Below are positions 19,153 to 28,059 of a DNA stretch of 64,000 nt, piece by piece. Positions within the stretch are counted from its first letter, which is position 1; each line of letters starts with the position of its first letter. The translations under genes and the position numbers were made by a program. Source of the stretch: Candidatus Kerfeldbacteria bacterium (GTDB lineage: Bacteria; Patescibacteriota; Patescibacteriia; UBA9570). Location of the stretch: positions 23,917 through 87,916 of the forward strand of contig JACPGK010000032.1 in NCBI GenBank assembly GCA_016182495.1, read 5' to 3'. The notes under the pieces are model-generated. The model did no database searches, was not told the DNA's origin, and worked only from the letters and a program-made list of their open reading frames with translations.

Positions 19153-21715
19153 CTTGATGACTGTTAAAAGTTAACTTACCTTGACGATAATCAACCGTGA
19201 TAGTAGTGCCAGCCGGTAACTTACCTTCAATTAACCGCCAAGCTAATTCATCGGTGATGGTATTTTGAATAATGCGTTGTAATGGACGCGCCCCAAACAC
19301 TGGATCAAAACCAATGCTGACCAAATGGTCAGTGGCCGCTGCCGTACACTGTACCGTTACTCCTTTATCAGCCAATCGATCAATCACTCGCTGCAGCTGC
19401 AGCTGAACAATGGCCTGCATATCAGTGGCCGTGAGTTGCTGAAAAATAATACTATCATCAATCCGATTTAAAAACTCTGGACGAAATGCCTGACGCAGCA
19501 CTGTTTGTACAGCTTGACGCTGTTGATCGGGTTGGTTAGCTAACTGCATAATTTCTGGACTGGCTAAATTTGAAGTCATAATAATGATGACATTCTTAAA
19601 ATCAACTGTTCGACCTTTGGCATCGGTTAATCGTCCATCATCTAATACCTGCAGTAATATGTTCAATACTGCTGGATGGGCCTTTTCAATCTCATCAAAT
19701 AAAATTACTGTATAGGGGTGACGCCGAACAGCCTCGGTGAGTTGGCCGCCTTCTTCGTACCCAACGTAACCAGGCGGTGATCCAATTAATCGGGCTACAC
19801 TATGTTTTTCCATATACTCCGACATATCAATCCGTGTGAGCATTTTTTCACTGGTAAACAATACCTGGGCAAGGGCTTTGGCCAATTCTGTTTTACCTAC
19901 GCCAGTTGGCCCTAAAAAAATAAATGATCCAAGTGGCCGATCTTCGGCCTGAATCCCAGCCCGACTGCGCCGAACCGCTCGGGCTACTGCGGTGATGGCT
20001 TGGGTTTGTCCAATCACCCGTTCACCCAACTGCTTCTCTAAATGTGTCAACTGCTCGGTTTCAGTGGTAAGCATTTTAGTCACCGGAATACCAGTCCAAC
20101 GTGATACCACTTGGGCAATATCTTCTTCCGTCACTTCATCTTTCAAAATTTTCTGATCGCGTTGAATATCGGCTAACTGTTGCTGGGCTTGGTGGATAGT
20201 TTTTTCCAGAGCAGGAATTTTACCATAAGTAATTTCGGCCACGGCCTGTAAATCGCCTAACCGTTCTGCCTGAATGGCCTGCTCCTTCAGTTGATCAATG
20301 TGCTTACTGGCGGTTGAAATTTGATCAATGTATTTTTTTTCATTCTGCCAGTGTAATTGTATTTCTTTTAACTGTTCCCCCAGTTCAGCCAAATCGTGTT
20401 CTAGGGCAGTTAAACGCTGCTGCGATTGGGTGTCGTGTTCTTTAGTCAAAGCCGCCCGTTCAATTTCTAACTGACGAACTCGTCGTTCTAAACGATCCAG
20501 CGCTGTTGGTTTACTATCACGCTCAAGCTGTAATACCGAACAGGCTTCATCCATCAAATCAATGGCTTTATCTGGTAAAAAACGATCAGTAATATAGCGA
20601 GTCGATAACAACACCGCTGCCACTACAGCGTTATCGCGAATTTTAACCCCATGATGAACTTCATATTTTTCTTTAATACCGCGTACAATAGAAATGGCAT
20701 CGGCTGTAGTGGGCTCTTCTACCATGACTGGTTGAAATCGTCGTTCCAGCGCCGCATCTTTTTCAATATAACGACGGTATTCTTTAATAGTGCTAGCGCC
20801 AATGGCATGTAATTGGCCACGCGCTAACGTTGGCTTCAATAAATTGCCAGCATCCATAGCACCTTCAGCACTGCCAGCTCCAATAATCGTATGCAATTCA
20901 TCAATAAATAAAATGATTTGGCCATTGGACTGTTCAATTTCTTTCAACAAGGCTTTTAAACGATCTTCAAACTCGCCACGATATTTGGTACCAGCCACTA
21001 GGGCTCCTAAATCTAGGGCTAGTAACTGTTTGCGCTTTAAGCTTTCTGGCACATCACCATCAACGATCTTTTTAGCTAGACCTTCAACGATGGCGGTTTT
21101 ACCAGTACCGGGTTCGCCTACTAATACCGGATTATTTTTACTACGCCGTGATAATATTTGCATGACGCGACGAATTTCATCATCCCGACCAATCACCGGA
21201 TCAATTTTTCCAGTTCGAGCCAAAGCTGTAAAATCGTGAGTATATTTAGCCAACACCTCATACTTACTTTCCGGTTCTGCATCAGTGACGCGTTGTGATC
21301 CACGAATGGTTTTAAGCACATCTAATACTTGTTGTTGAGTGAATGGCAGCAGTTTGGTAATAGCAGTATTATCTAGTAAAGCTAATAATAGATGCTCGGT
21401 GCTAACGTAATCATCCTTCAATTGAGCCGCTGACTGTTCAGCCCGGGTTAAAACCTGTCGTAAATCGTTACCAATATACGGTTCACCGCCAGTAACCTTA
21501 GGTAGAGCGTCCAGTTCAGCCTGCAGGCTACGTTGCACGGCTGCGGGTTGATGATTTAACTTCAGTACCAACTTTGGTACCAAACCTTCTGATTGTTGTA
21601 CTAAAGCCAAAGCCAAGTGTGGTGGCTTAATTTCTTGATGTGAACTGTGCTCGGCCAGCTGTATAGTATGCTGGATAGCTTCAGCCGCTTTGGTAGTAAA
21701 ACGATTTAAATTCAT
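19142..21715 (-). CDS. clpB: Disaggregase chaperone ClpB
   Basis: Two AAA+ modules (GEPGTGKTA / GPTGVGKTE) separated by a long coiled-coil M-domain, plus a Clp_N repeat N-terminus. The preferred start is ATG 21715 (MNLNRF). Confidence 0.9.
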   Translation of the reverse strand: MNLNRFTTKAAEAIQHTIQLAEHSSHQEIKPPHLALALVQQSEGLVPKLVLKLNHQPAAVQRSLQAELDALPKVTGGEPYIGNDLRQVLTRAEQSAAQLKDDYVSTEHLLLALLDNTAITKLLPFTQQQVLDVLKTIRGSQRVTDAEPESKYEVLAKYTHDFTALARTGKIDPVIGRDDEIRRVMQILSRRSKNNPVLVGEPGTGKTAIVEGLAKKIVDGDVPESLKRKQLLALDLGALVAGTKYRGEFEDRLKALLKEIEQSNGQIILFIDELHTIIGAGSAEGAMDAGNLLKPTLARGQLHAIGASTIKEYRRYIEKDAALERRFQPVMVEEPTTADAISIVRGIKEKYEVHHGVKIRDNAVVAAVLLSTRYITDRFLPDKAIDLMDEACSVLQLERDSKPTALDRLERRVRQLEIERAALTKEHDTQSQQRLTALEHDLAELGEQLKEIQLHWQNEKKYIDQISTASKHIDQLKEQAIQAERLGDLQAVAEITYGKIPALEKTIHQAQQQLADIQRDQKILKDEVTEEDIAQVVSRWTGIPVTKMLTTETEQLTHLEKQLGERVIGQTQAITAVARAVRRSRAGIQAEDRPLGSFIFLGPTGVGKTELAKALAQVLFTSEKMLTRIDMSEYMEKHSVARLIGSPPGYVGYEEGGQLTEAVRRHPYTVILFDEIEKAHPAVLNILLQVLDDGRLTDAKGRTVDFKNVIIIMTSNLASPEIMQLANQPDQQRQAVQTVLRQAFRPEFLNRIDDSIIFQQLTATDMQAIVQLQLQRVIDRLADKGVTVQCTAAATDHLVSIGFDPVFGARPLQRIIQNTITDELAWRLIEGKLPAGTTITVDYRQGKLTFNSHQAKE

Positions 21716-21726
21716 TAGCACTCTCT

Positions 21727-21756
21727 AGTATAGAGTGCTAATTATCAATTCGTCAA
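21727..21756 (-). promoter_or_regulatory. Candidate promoter for clpB (TTGACG, 18-nt spacer, TATACT on the minus strand)
   Basis: The reverse complement of 21751-21756 is TTGACG and that of 21727-21732 is TATACT. Confidence 0.35.
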
Positions 21757-21763
21757 GTGCTGG

Positions 21764-22282
21764 CTAGCGCTGATACAAAAAAATAGTAATAGCCTGTTGT
21801 CCTGGCTTATCAACTATAGTAGGCTGCCAACCGACAATTGGAAAAACATAAGAAATAACTCGACTGCCTGGTTTCAGTTCACGTTCTAATTTTAAGCGCA
21901 AGGTATGACGTAATTTTTCGGGCATACCAAACACATACACCACATCAGCGGTAGCTAAATTAATTCGGAACAGGTTGCGCCAATAAAACTGCACATTGGT
22001 TCGGCCTGAACGCCATTGTCGAAACTTACATACCAGCCATAACGGCCAGGCTAACTCCACGCCAATAGCTTGGCCAGAACAATGTTCAGCAACATACAAT
22101 ACCGTTTTACCGTTACCACAGCCTAAATCATAAAACGTTTCTGTTGGTTGTAGCTGGGCTAAGCGCAGTATCCGCGGTAAATCCTTTTGCCACATTGGTA
22201 CCCATGGAGCCAGCGACCAGCTAGGTAGAGCCATCATTGCCACCAACCCAAACAGTAGAATGAATAGTAGCCACCACATCAC
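21764..22282 (-). CDS. Class I SAM-dependent methyltransferase (small, membrane-anchored)
   Basis: Motif I YDLGCGNGK and an N-terminal hydrophobic segment. Confidence 0.55.
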   Translation of the reverse strand: MMWWLLFILLFGLVAMMALPSWSLAPWVPMWQKDLPRILRLAQLQPTETFYDLGCGNGKTVLYVAEHCSGQAIGVELAWPLWLVCKFRQWRSGRTNVQFYWRNLFRINLATADVVYVFGMPEKLRHTLRLKLERELKPGSRVISYVFPIVGWQPTIVDKPGQQAITIFLYQR

Positions 22283-25047
22283 TAAATTGGTTCAGCTTTA
22301 ATCACAGTTACTTCACCGCCGGGTTGTAGTTCCACGCTATCGCGACGTGATAATTGTTTATCCAGTAATAATTTGGCAATGCCATCTTGCACTGTATCTT
22401 GAATTAAACGACGCAACGGACGAGCTCCAAATTGACGATTATAGCCACGCTGAACCAAATCAATCACCGCAACTGGTGTCCATTGTAATGTAATACCCTT
22501 GGCTTGCAGCTGATGAGCTAACTGCTGCAACATTAATTCACCAACTTGCACCAGTTCTTCGGGCGTGAATGGAGTAAATACTGCAATATGATCGAACCGA
22601 TTTAAAAATTCTGGCCGAAAATAATGCCGTAATAAATCTCCGGACAATAATTCTTGCTCAATCGCCTGGGTGGTGGCGCCTTGATCGTAACGCTGTTGAA
22701 TAGTATCGGTACCAGCATTGGATGTGGCAATAATCATGGTATTGCTAAAATCAATCGTGCGGCCAGTACCATCAGTCAGTCGGCCATCTTCCATCACTTG
22801 TAAAAAAACATTGAGTACATCGCTATGGGCTTTCTCGAGCTCATCGAGCAACACAATGCCGAATGGCGTGCGCCGAACAGCTTCGGTGAGATGTCCTTGC
22901 TCACCGGCAGCACCGATCAGTTTAGTTAAACTGTCAGGGGTATCATATTCCGACATGTCAAATCGCAACATGGCTTGCTCGTTGCCAAAATAAACAGCCG
23001 CAATAGCTTTAGCGGTTTCGGTTTTACCTACTCCGGTGGGACCTAAAAATAGTAAGGAGGCGATTGGCCGAGTTGTATCGCGAATATCCTCTCTAGCCCG
23101 CCGTAACGCTCGCGCAATGGCTTGAATAGCTTCAGTTTGACCAATAACGCGTTCAGCTAAAATCTGTTCGAGATGCAACAACTTTTGAGCTTCAGTTTGA
23201 GAAATAGCACTTAACTGCACATTGGTTTTTTCGGACATAATCCGTTCCACCACCGCTTTAGAGACTAAAGCATGCTCACCCAATTGTTCACGGGCATAAA
23301 TAGCCGCCTCTTCCATAATGTCGAGTGCTTTAGCCGGTAAATGACGATCTTTCATAAATCGTTCAGTTAATTCGACAGCCGCTACTAAAGCATCGTGCGT
23401 AAAATATACTTTTTGCTTACTTTCTACATAGAGTGCTCGACTAGCTAACACGCGTACCGCATCGGCTGGTGCCAGTTCTGCTACTGTGACTACTTGAAAT
23501 CTGCGTAAAAATGTTTCGTTATTTTCAATATATTTCTGAAACTCTGGCGTGGTAGTAGTGCCTACTACCTTAATATACCCCTGGGAAATATAGTTCATTA
23601 AAATTTTCCCAATATCAATATTAGAACCAGTTGAGCCGGCCCCCAATAACGTATGGATATCTTCAATGCCCCAAATCACGTTGCCGGCCATAATAATATC
23701 TCGAATGATTAATTCCATCCGTTGTTCTATGCCACCAACGCCGCCGGCGCCGGCAATAATAGCACCGGGTTCCGACACTACAAAACGTTTATCCTGCAAC
23801 GATACTGGCACATCTTCGGCTGTCATTAACTGGGCAATGCCCTGCAATAGGCTGGTTTTGCCGCTGCCAGATTCACCGACAAATAACACACTGCTATGAC
23901 CTTCTTGCAACACCCGAAAGGCTTCTTGCACAGCTTGGTTCCGGCCAATCACTGGTAAAAAGTGACCGGCTCTGGCTTGCAGGGTAAAATCTTGCGATAC
24001 AGCGTCGAGTTGGTTGGTGGGTCGAGCGGTCATGGCTCGATTCATAATCGTTTTAGGTTTACTGCGACCTAAATGATACCGTCGCTGTTGTTGTTGCAGC
24101 ATATCATCCACTATATTGCTCCATTCCACCAGGCTACGCACTTTATCAAGTGTCACTTCGCGTTCGTATAAAGCGTCATTAATTAATTGATCCGCTAAAA
24201 TACAACCAACTAACGCTTCTACCGGTTTTACTTGGGGGCGATGATGGTCACGCGCTTCAGCATAGGCTAACAGTAAAGCCCGTCGCAGCTCGGCCCCTAA
24301 ATCAGGTGTTGTGAATGGATGCGCACTTTTCTCTAATCGATTAGTCAAACGCGCCAAGGTACGCTGCAACTCGCGATTATCAATTTCTAAACGATACAAC
24401 AATGCTCGAATATCACTACGCTCGTACAACGTCAGCAAGAGATGGAGGGGCTTCACTTCAGTGTGATGCCACCGTTCAGCCAACAAATACGCCTGTTCTA
24501 AAGCAGCCGTGGTGGTATCGTGCAGGTAGAGTGATGCCTCAATTTTTTTCTGATCAGGAACGTTACGCCAATATTTCCAATCCGTAGCGCTGCCGGTAAT
24601 AGTAAAATGCGCTAATTTATTTTCGGCAGTAATATAGCGATGTTGGTTGCTACGGACCAATCGGTAATATAAAAATAAATCAGCTACTACCGAGGCCCAA
24701 AAGCCTAAAATTAATGGCGAGCGCTGACTAAATAAATGCACTAACGGTTGATGCGTCACTTGCAATTCAATGATCTCTAACAGTAATGCTATTAAGCCGG
24801 CGCTGGCGGCAACGATGAACACAGTAGTCACTATCCAGTTGATGGTACGTTCGAGTTTTTTTTCAAGTACGCTGCTTACCGATAATTGCTCGCCCCAATA
24901 CACTAAATCATTTTCAATAAAACCTAACACTGATTGTTCAGCCCGACACCAGCTGCAGATGACGTGTTTACCGGCCGGAGTAATGGTATAACCAAACCCA
25001 TGACACTGTGGACAATCAATCCAAGCAGCTGATAGCGCTACAGCCAT
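22282..25047 (-). CDS. Clp/Hsp100-family double-AAA+ ATPase with an N-terminal CxxC...CxxC zinc ribbon and two predicted TM helices
   Basis: CPQC...CSWC; TM segments INWIVTTVFIVAASAGLIALLLEII and LILGFWASVVADLFLYYRL; two Clp_N-like repeats; Walker A GESGSGKTS and GPTGVGKTE; Walker B-2 IVLLDELEKAH; no long M-domain. Confidence 0.8.
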   Translation of the reverse strand: MAVALSAAWIDCPQCHGFGYTITPAGKHVICSWCRAEQSVLGFIENDLVYWGEQLSVSSVLEKKLERTINWIVTTVFIVAASAGLIALLLEIIELQVTHQPLVHLFSQRSPLILGFWASVVADLFLYYRLVRSNQHRYITAENKLAHFTITGSATDWKYWRNVPDQKKIEASLYLHDTTTAALEQAYLLAERWHHTEVKPLHLLLTLYERSDIRALLYRLEIDNRELQRTLARLTNRLEKSAHPFTTPDLGAELRRALLLAYAEARDHHRPQVKPVEALVGCILADQLINDALYEREVTLDKVRSLVEWSNIVDDMLQQQQRRYHLGRSKPKTIMNRAMTARPTNQLDAVSQDFTLQARAGHFLPVIGRNQAVQEAFRVLQEGHSSVLFVGESGSGKTSLLQGIAQLMTAEDVPVSLQDKRFVVSEPGAIIAGAGGVGGIEQRMELIIRDIIMAGNVIWGIEDIHTLLGAGSTGSNIDIGKILMNYISQGYIKVVGTTTTPEFQKYIENNETFLRRFQVVTVAELAPADAVRVLASRALYVESKQKVYFTHDALVAAVELTERFMKDRHLPAKALDIMEEAAIYAREQLGEHALVSKAVVERIMSEKTNVQLSAISQTEAQKLLHLEQILAERVIGQTEAIQAIARALRRAREDIRDTTRPIASLLFLGPTGVGKTETAKAIAAVYFGNEQAMLRFDMSEYDTPDSLTKLIGAAGEQGHLTEAVRRTPFGIVLLDELEKAHSDVLNVFLQVMEDGRLTDGTGRTIDFSNTMIIATSNAGTDTIQQRYDQGATTQAIEQELLSGDLLRHYFRPEFLNRFDHIAVFTPFTPEELVQVGELMLQQLAHQLQAKGITLQWTPVAVIDLVQRGYNRQFGARPLRRLIQDTVQDGIAKLLLDKQLSRRDSVELQPGGEVTVIKAEPI

Positions 25048-25427
25048 AGGTAAATATTAGTATCAATGATGCCAAATTGGTATACAATATTATACACTAC
25101 AAATACCGGAGCCAGTAACCACACCGCTAGTAACGCTAACAACAGTATAATATAGGCGGTGGCTTGCAAAGTGAGTAAACTAAAATGTACCAAACGTACC
25201 GGAAAACTAATCAACCGACTCCAAATATCGGTTAAGCCATACATGGGCACAAACAAGTATTGTGCCAATATTTTTAAATTGAGTGACCGAACAATATCTT
25301 GAGCCTGCCAACTTAATACTCGAATTATTTTTATGGTACCAGCGCCATACCACCACACTGGAAAATACATCACCATTAAAACGATATCAACCACCAAAAA
25401 TCGTACCACCTGTGTAAACGTTGACAT
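25038..25427 (-). CDS. Hypothetical small membrane protein
   Basis: Hydrophobic ORF overlapping the start of the Clp-like gene by 10 nt. Confidence 0.4.
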   Translation of the reverse strand: MSTFTQVVRFLVVDIVLMVMYFPVWWYGAGTIKIIRVLSWQAQDIVRSLNLKILAQYLFVPMYGLTDIWSRLISFPVRLVHFSLLTLQATAYIILLLALLAVWLLAPVFVVYNIVYQFGIIDTNIYLWL

Positions 25428-25454
25428 GGCATCAGTATACCACCGCCCAGGTGG

Positions 25455-25823
25455 TTATTCAAAATGCCAATACGGCCCTAGGGCTAACAATACTACTAGG
25501 CTAGTGATAAAAAAAATACTAAACCACCAATTCCAGCCGTAACTTAAAAAAGCCATCAAGCCAACTAGAGCAATAACATCGGCCATTGCCCAGGCAATAT
25601 ACTCCTGCTGTAAAATACGTTTAAACACAATCGCCAATAGCGCGCTCATTAAGCCCACAGCGATTAAAGCATACAGCATGGCAGTGGATTTTGTAGTGAT
25701 GTACGGCGTAGTGTACTGTAACCAATACGCTAGCGCAAAATAAACCAAGGTACTAGTCAACAGACTGGCCCATACAGTATACACGGCCGGCATATTACGA
25801 TGATTGATAATTGAATCAACCAT
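25455..25823 (-). CDS. Hypothetical small membrane protein
   Basis: 4-TM hydrophobic ORF in the same operon. Confidence 0.4.
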   Translation of the reverse strand: MVDSIINHRNMPAVYTVWASLLTSTLVYFALAYWLQYTTPYITTKSTAMLYALIAVGLMSALLAIVFKRILQQEYIAWAMADVIALVGLMAFLSYGWNWWFSIFFITSLVVLLALGPYWHFE

Positions 25824-25829
25824 GTTTCT

Positions 25830-26156
25830 TTAACACGTATAAGTTGAAGCTACTACATACAATAAACTAGCGGCGGCCAGGCTCATGCTAATTGAAATCA
25901 TAACCAACCACGATACGTGATGGCGGTGGTGTTCAAATAAATTATAGGCTTCGAGTAGTAACCCAATTAATAACACTGCTACTCCTCCGTAGCCAAACTT
26001 AGCTGCTCCTAATAATAAGGTATTAGCGCATACTTCTGTAAATACGGGAAACAACATCATACCAAACACTACGCTGACCATGACAGTTCCAATGAAAACT
26101 ACTAACACAGGTAAAGCTGGGTGTAAACCGGTTTTGGAAGGTGGGTGATGAACCAT
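25830..26156 (-). CDS. Hypothetical small membrane protein
   Basis: 3-TM hydrophobic ORF with a His-rich loop EHHRHH. Confidence 0.4.
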   Translation of the reverse strand: MVHHPPSKTGLHPALPVLVVFIGTVMVSVVFGMMLFPVFTEVCANTLLLGAAKFGYGGVAVLLIGLLLEAYNLFEHHRHHVSWLVMISISMSLAAASLLYVVASTYTC

Positions 26157-26187
26157 AGACAGTAATTAGTATAGCTAGTTCAATTGG

Positions 26188-26928
26188 TTAGGGCAAATAG
26201 AGTACGGCTGGCACTGGTAAAGAATTTTCTTGATACTGTACAGCTGGTGTACTAATCACTAACCCAGTAGATGTGCCACCATCCAGATTCAATGCCATAG
26301 TTAAATCGAGCTTCAGTTCATGAGTCACTATGTCAGCTAATTGGCTAAGTGACAGCACTCCATATTCAGCCACCATCAAATAGATGGCACCGGTTTTATC
26401 GGTGGCCAGCACAGTGCGTTGGGCGGTATCAGCTGATCCAGCTGTGTACACGTCTGCCCCGTGTAGCAGTATCGGATACGATTCCACTGCATACAAAGCA
26501 TCGCTAGCCGTTGTGGCACTCGGTTGTAAAGACCAACCTTGCCCTGTTAGGCTTTGGGCTACCCCGGTGCCAGCGCGCAGTTTTGGTCCGTACGTTTCAC
26601 CGTTAATCACCAACCGAGTAGTGGGTTGATACTGTTCATCAAAATAACTGGCATTAATCACCACCTGGGCTTGTAACTGTTGCTGCCATTCGGCTACTGT
26701 TTTTGGGTTAGACTGATCGTAGGCTAATAGTAGCGCTTGTTGGCTGGGAGCGATTTTGACAATCGAAAATAATTCTTGACCAGAAGCTTGATTAACCACC
26801 ATCTGTTTAAAGCGCACCCCTGTGACTACTGTAGTCCACTGTTGGTATTGCGTTGGTGGCGTGATTGTGGTAGTGCAACTGGTACCAAGCACAATGACTG
26901 TTAAAAGAATACAAAAAAAATAACGCAT
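26188..26928 (-). CDS. Phosphodiester glycosidase-family (NAGPA-like) lipoprotein
   Basis: Lipobox LGTSC and the C-terminal LNLDGGTSTGL motif typical of PF09992. Confidence 0.5.
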   Translation of the reverse strand: MRYFFCILLTVIVLGTSCTTTITPPTQYQQWTTVVTGVRFKQMVVNQASGQELFSIVKIAPSQQALLLAYDQSNPKTVAEWQQQLQAQVVINASYFDEQYQPTTRLVINGETYGPKLRAGTGVAQSLTGQGWSLQPSATTASDALYAVESYPILLHGADVYTAGSADTAQRTVLATDKTGAIYLMVAEYGVLSLSQLADIVTHELKLDLTMALNLDGGTSTGLVISTPAVQYQENSLPVPAVLYLP

Positions 26929-26934
26929 GGTTTA

Positions 26935-28059
26935 TCAGTATAGCGCGAGATTAATTCGAATGTCACGTAACAGTTGAATATAAAAACTAACATTGTGCAC
27001 GGTGGCTAAGCGGGCAGCTAACGGTTCGTGTACAGAAAATAAATAACGCAGATAGGCTCGACTATAGCCGCTGGTGCACGTGGAACAATCACACAGTGGG
27101 TCAAGTGGTTGAGAATCAGTTTGATAGCTTAAATTATCAAGCGATAATTTAGTATAGTGCACCAGGCTTAAATTCTGTTCCACTAACTGTGAGGCAGTGT
27201 GTACATACACCTGGCCATGACGAGCGTTGCGGGTTGGTAACACACAATCAAACATATCTATCCCTCGCTTCACCGCTTGAAGAATTTGCTCTGGTTGACC
27301 TACGCCCATTAAATAGCGTGGCTGTTCAGCTGGTAATAATGGTACCGTCGCATCCAACACGTGATACATTATTTCTGGCGGTTCACCAACGGCTAAGCCA
27401 CCAATAGCATAACCATCAAACCCAATGGCGCGCAATTCACTGGCGCTGCGGGCCCGTAAATCAGGCCAAGTGGAACCTTGAACGATGCCGAACAGTAGAG
27501 ACCTTTCGCGGGACGTTTCTACACTATGTACCGCTCGACACCGTTCTGCCCAGTTGGTAGTTAAACGAACCGATTCTTCCACCTGGGCACGATTAGCTGG
27601 GTAGCCAGGAAAATAATCAAAACACATTCGAATATCTGAACCAATGGCTGCTTGAATATCCATGGCTAATTCTGGCGTGAAAAAAAATTCATGGCCATCA
27701 ATGTGCGAATTAAAACGCACGCCATCGGGTGATACCAAGCGCAAACGGGCTAAACTAAATACTTGGTAGCCGCCGGAATCTGTTAAAATTGGCTTAGTCC
27801 AGTGCATAAACTGATGTAAGCCACCTACCTGTTTGAGCACCTTTATACCTGGGCGTAAAAATAAATGATAGGTATTGGCCAAGATAATATCATTACCAAT
27901 GGTTGTTAAATCGCTGTTCGCTAAATGTTTAAGGCTGCCCCGAGTAGCAATGGGCATGAAGGCCGGTGTTGGCACCAAACCATGATCGGTGTGCAATTGG
28001 CCACTGCGGGCCTGCTGCCAGCGGTGAGTAATCGTGAACATCGTTTTAATTGGATTCAA
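26935..28059 (-). CDS. tgt: Queuine tRNA-ribosyltransferase
   Basis: DCVLPTRNARHGQ, GVGQPE and the CDCSTC Zn site. Confidence 0.9.
   Translation of the reverse strand: MNPIKTMFTITHRWQQARSGQLHTDHGLVPTPAFMPIATRGSLKHLANSDLTTIGNDIILANTYHLFLRPGIKVLKQVGGLHQFMHWTKPILTDSGGYQVFSLARLRLVSPDGVRFNSHIDGHEFFFTPELAMDIQAAIGSDIRMCFDYFPGYPANRAQVEESVRLTTNWAERCRAVHSVETSRERSLLFGIVQGSTWPDLRARSASELRAIGFDGYAIGGLAVGEPPEIMYHVLDATVPLLPAEQPRYLMGVGQPEQILQAVKRGIDMFDCVLPTRNARHGQVYVHTASQLVEQNLSLVHYTKLSLDNLSYQTDSQPLDPLCDCSTCTSGYSRAYLRYLFSVHEPLAARLATVHNVSFYIQLLRDIRINLALY

Noticed and set aside
20790-21239. 149-aa plus-strand ORF inside clpB, and similar ORFs (22718-22993, 23666-23899, 24402-24991) inside the Clp-like gene
   Set aside because: They are antisense to strongly supported AAA+ genes and have no independent support.
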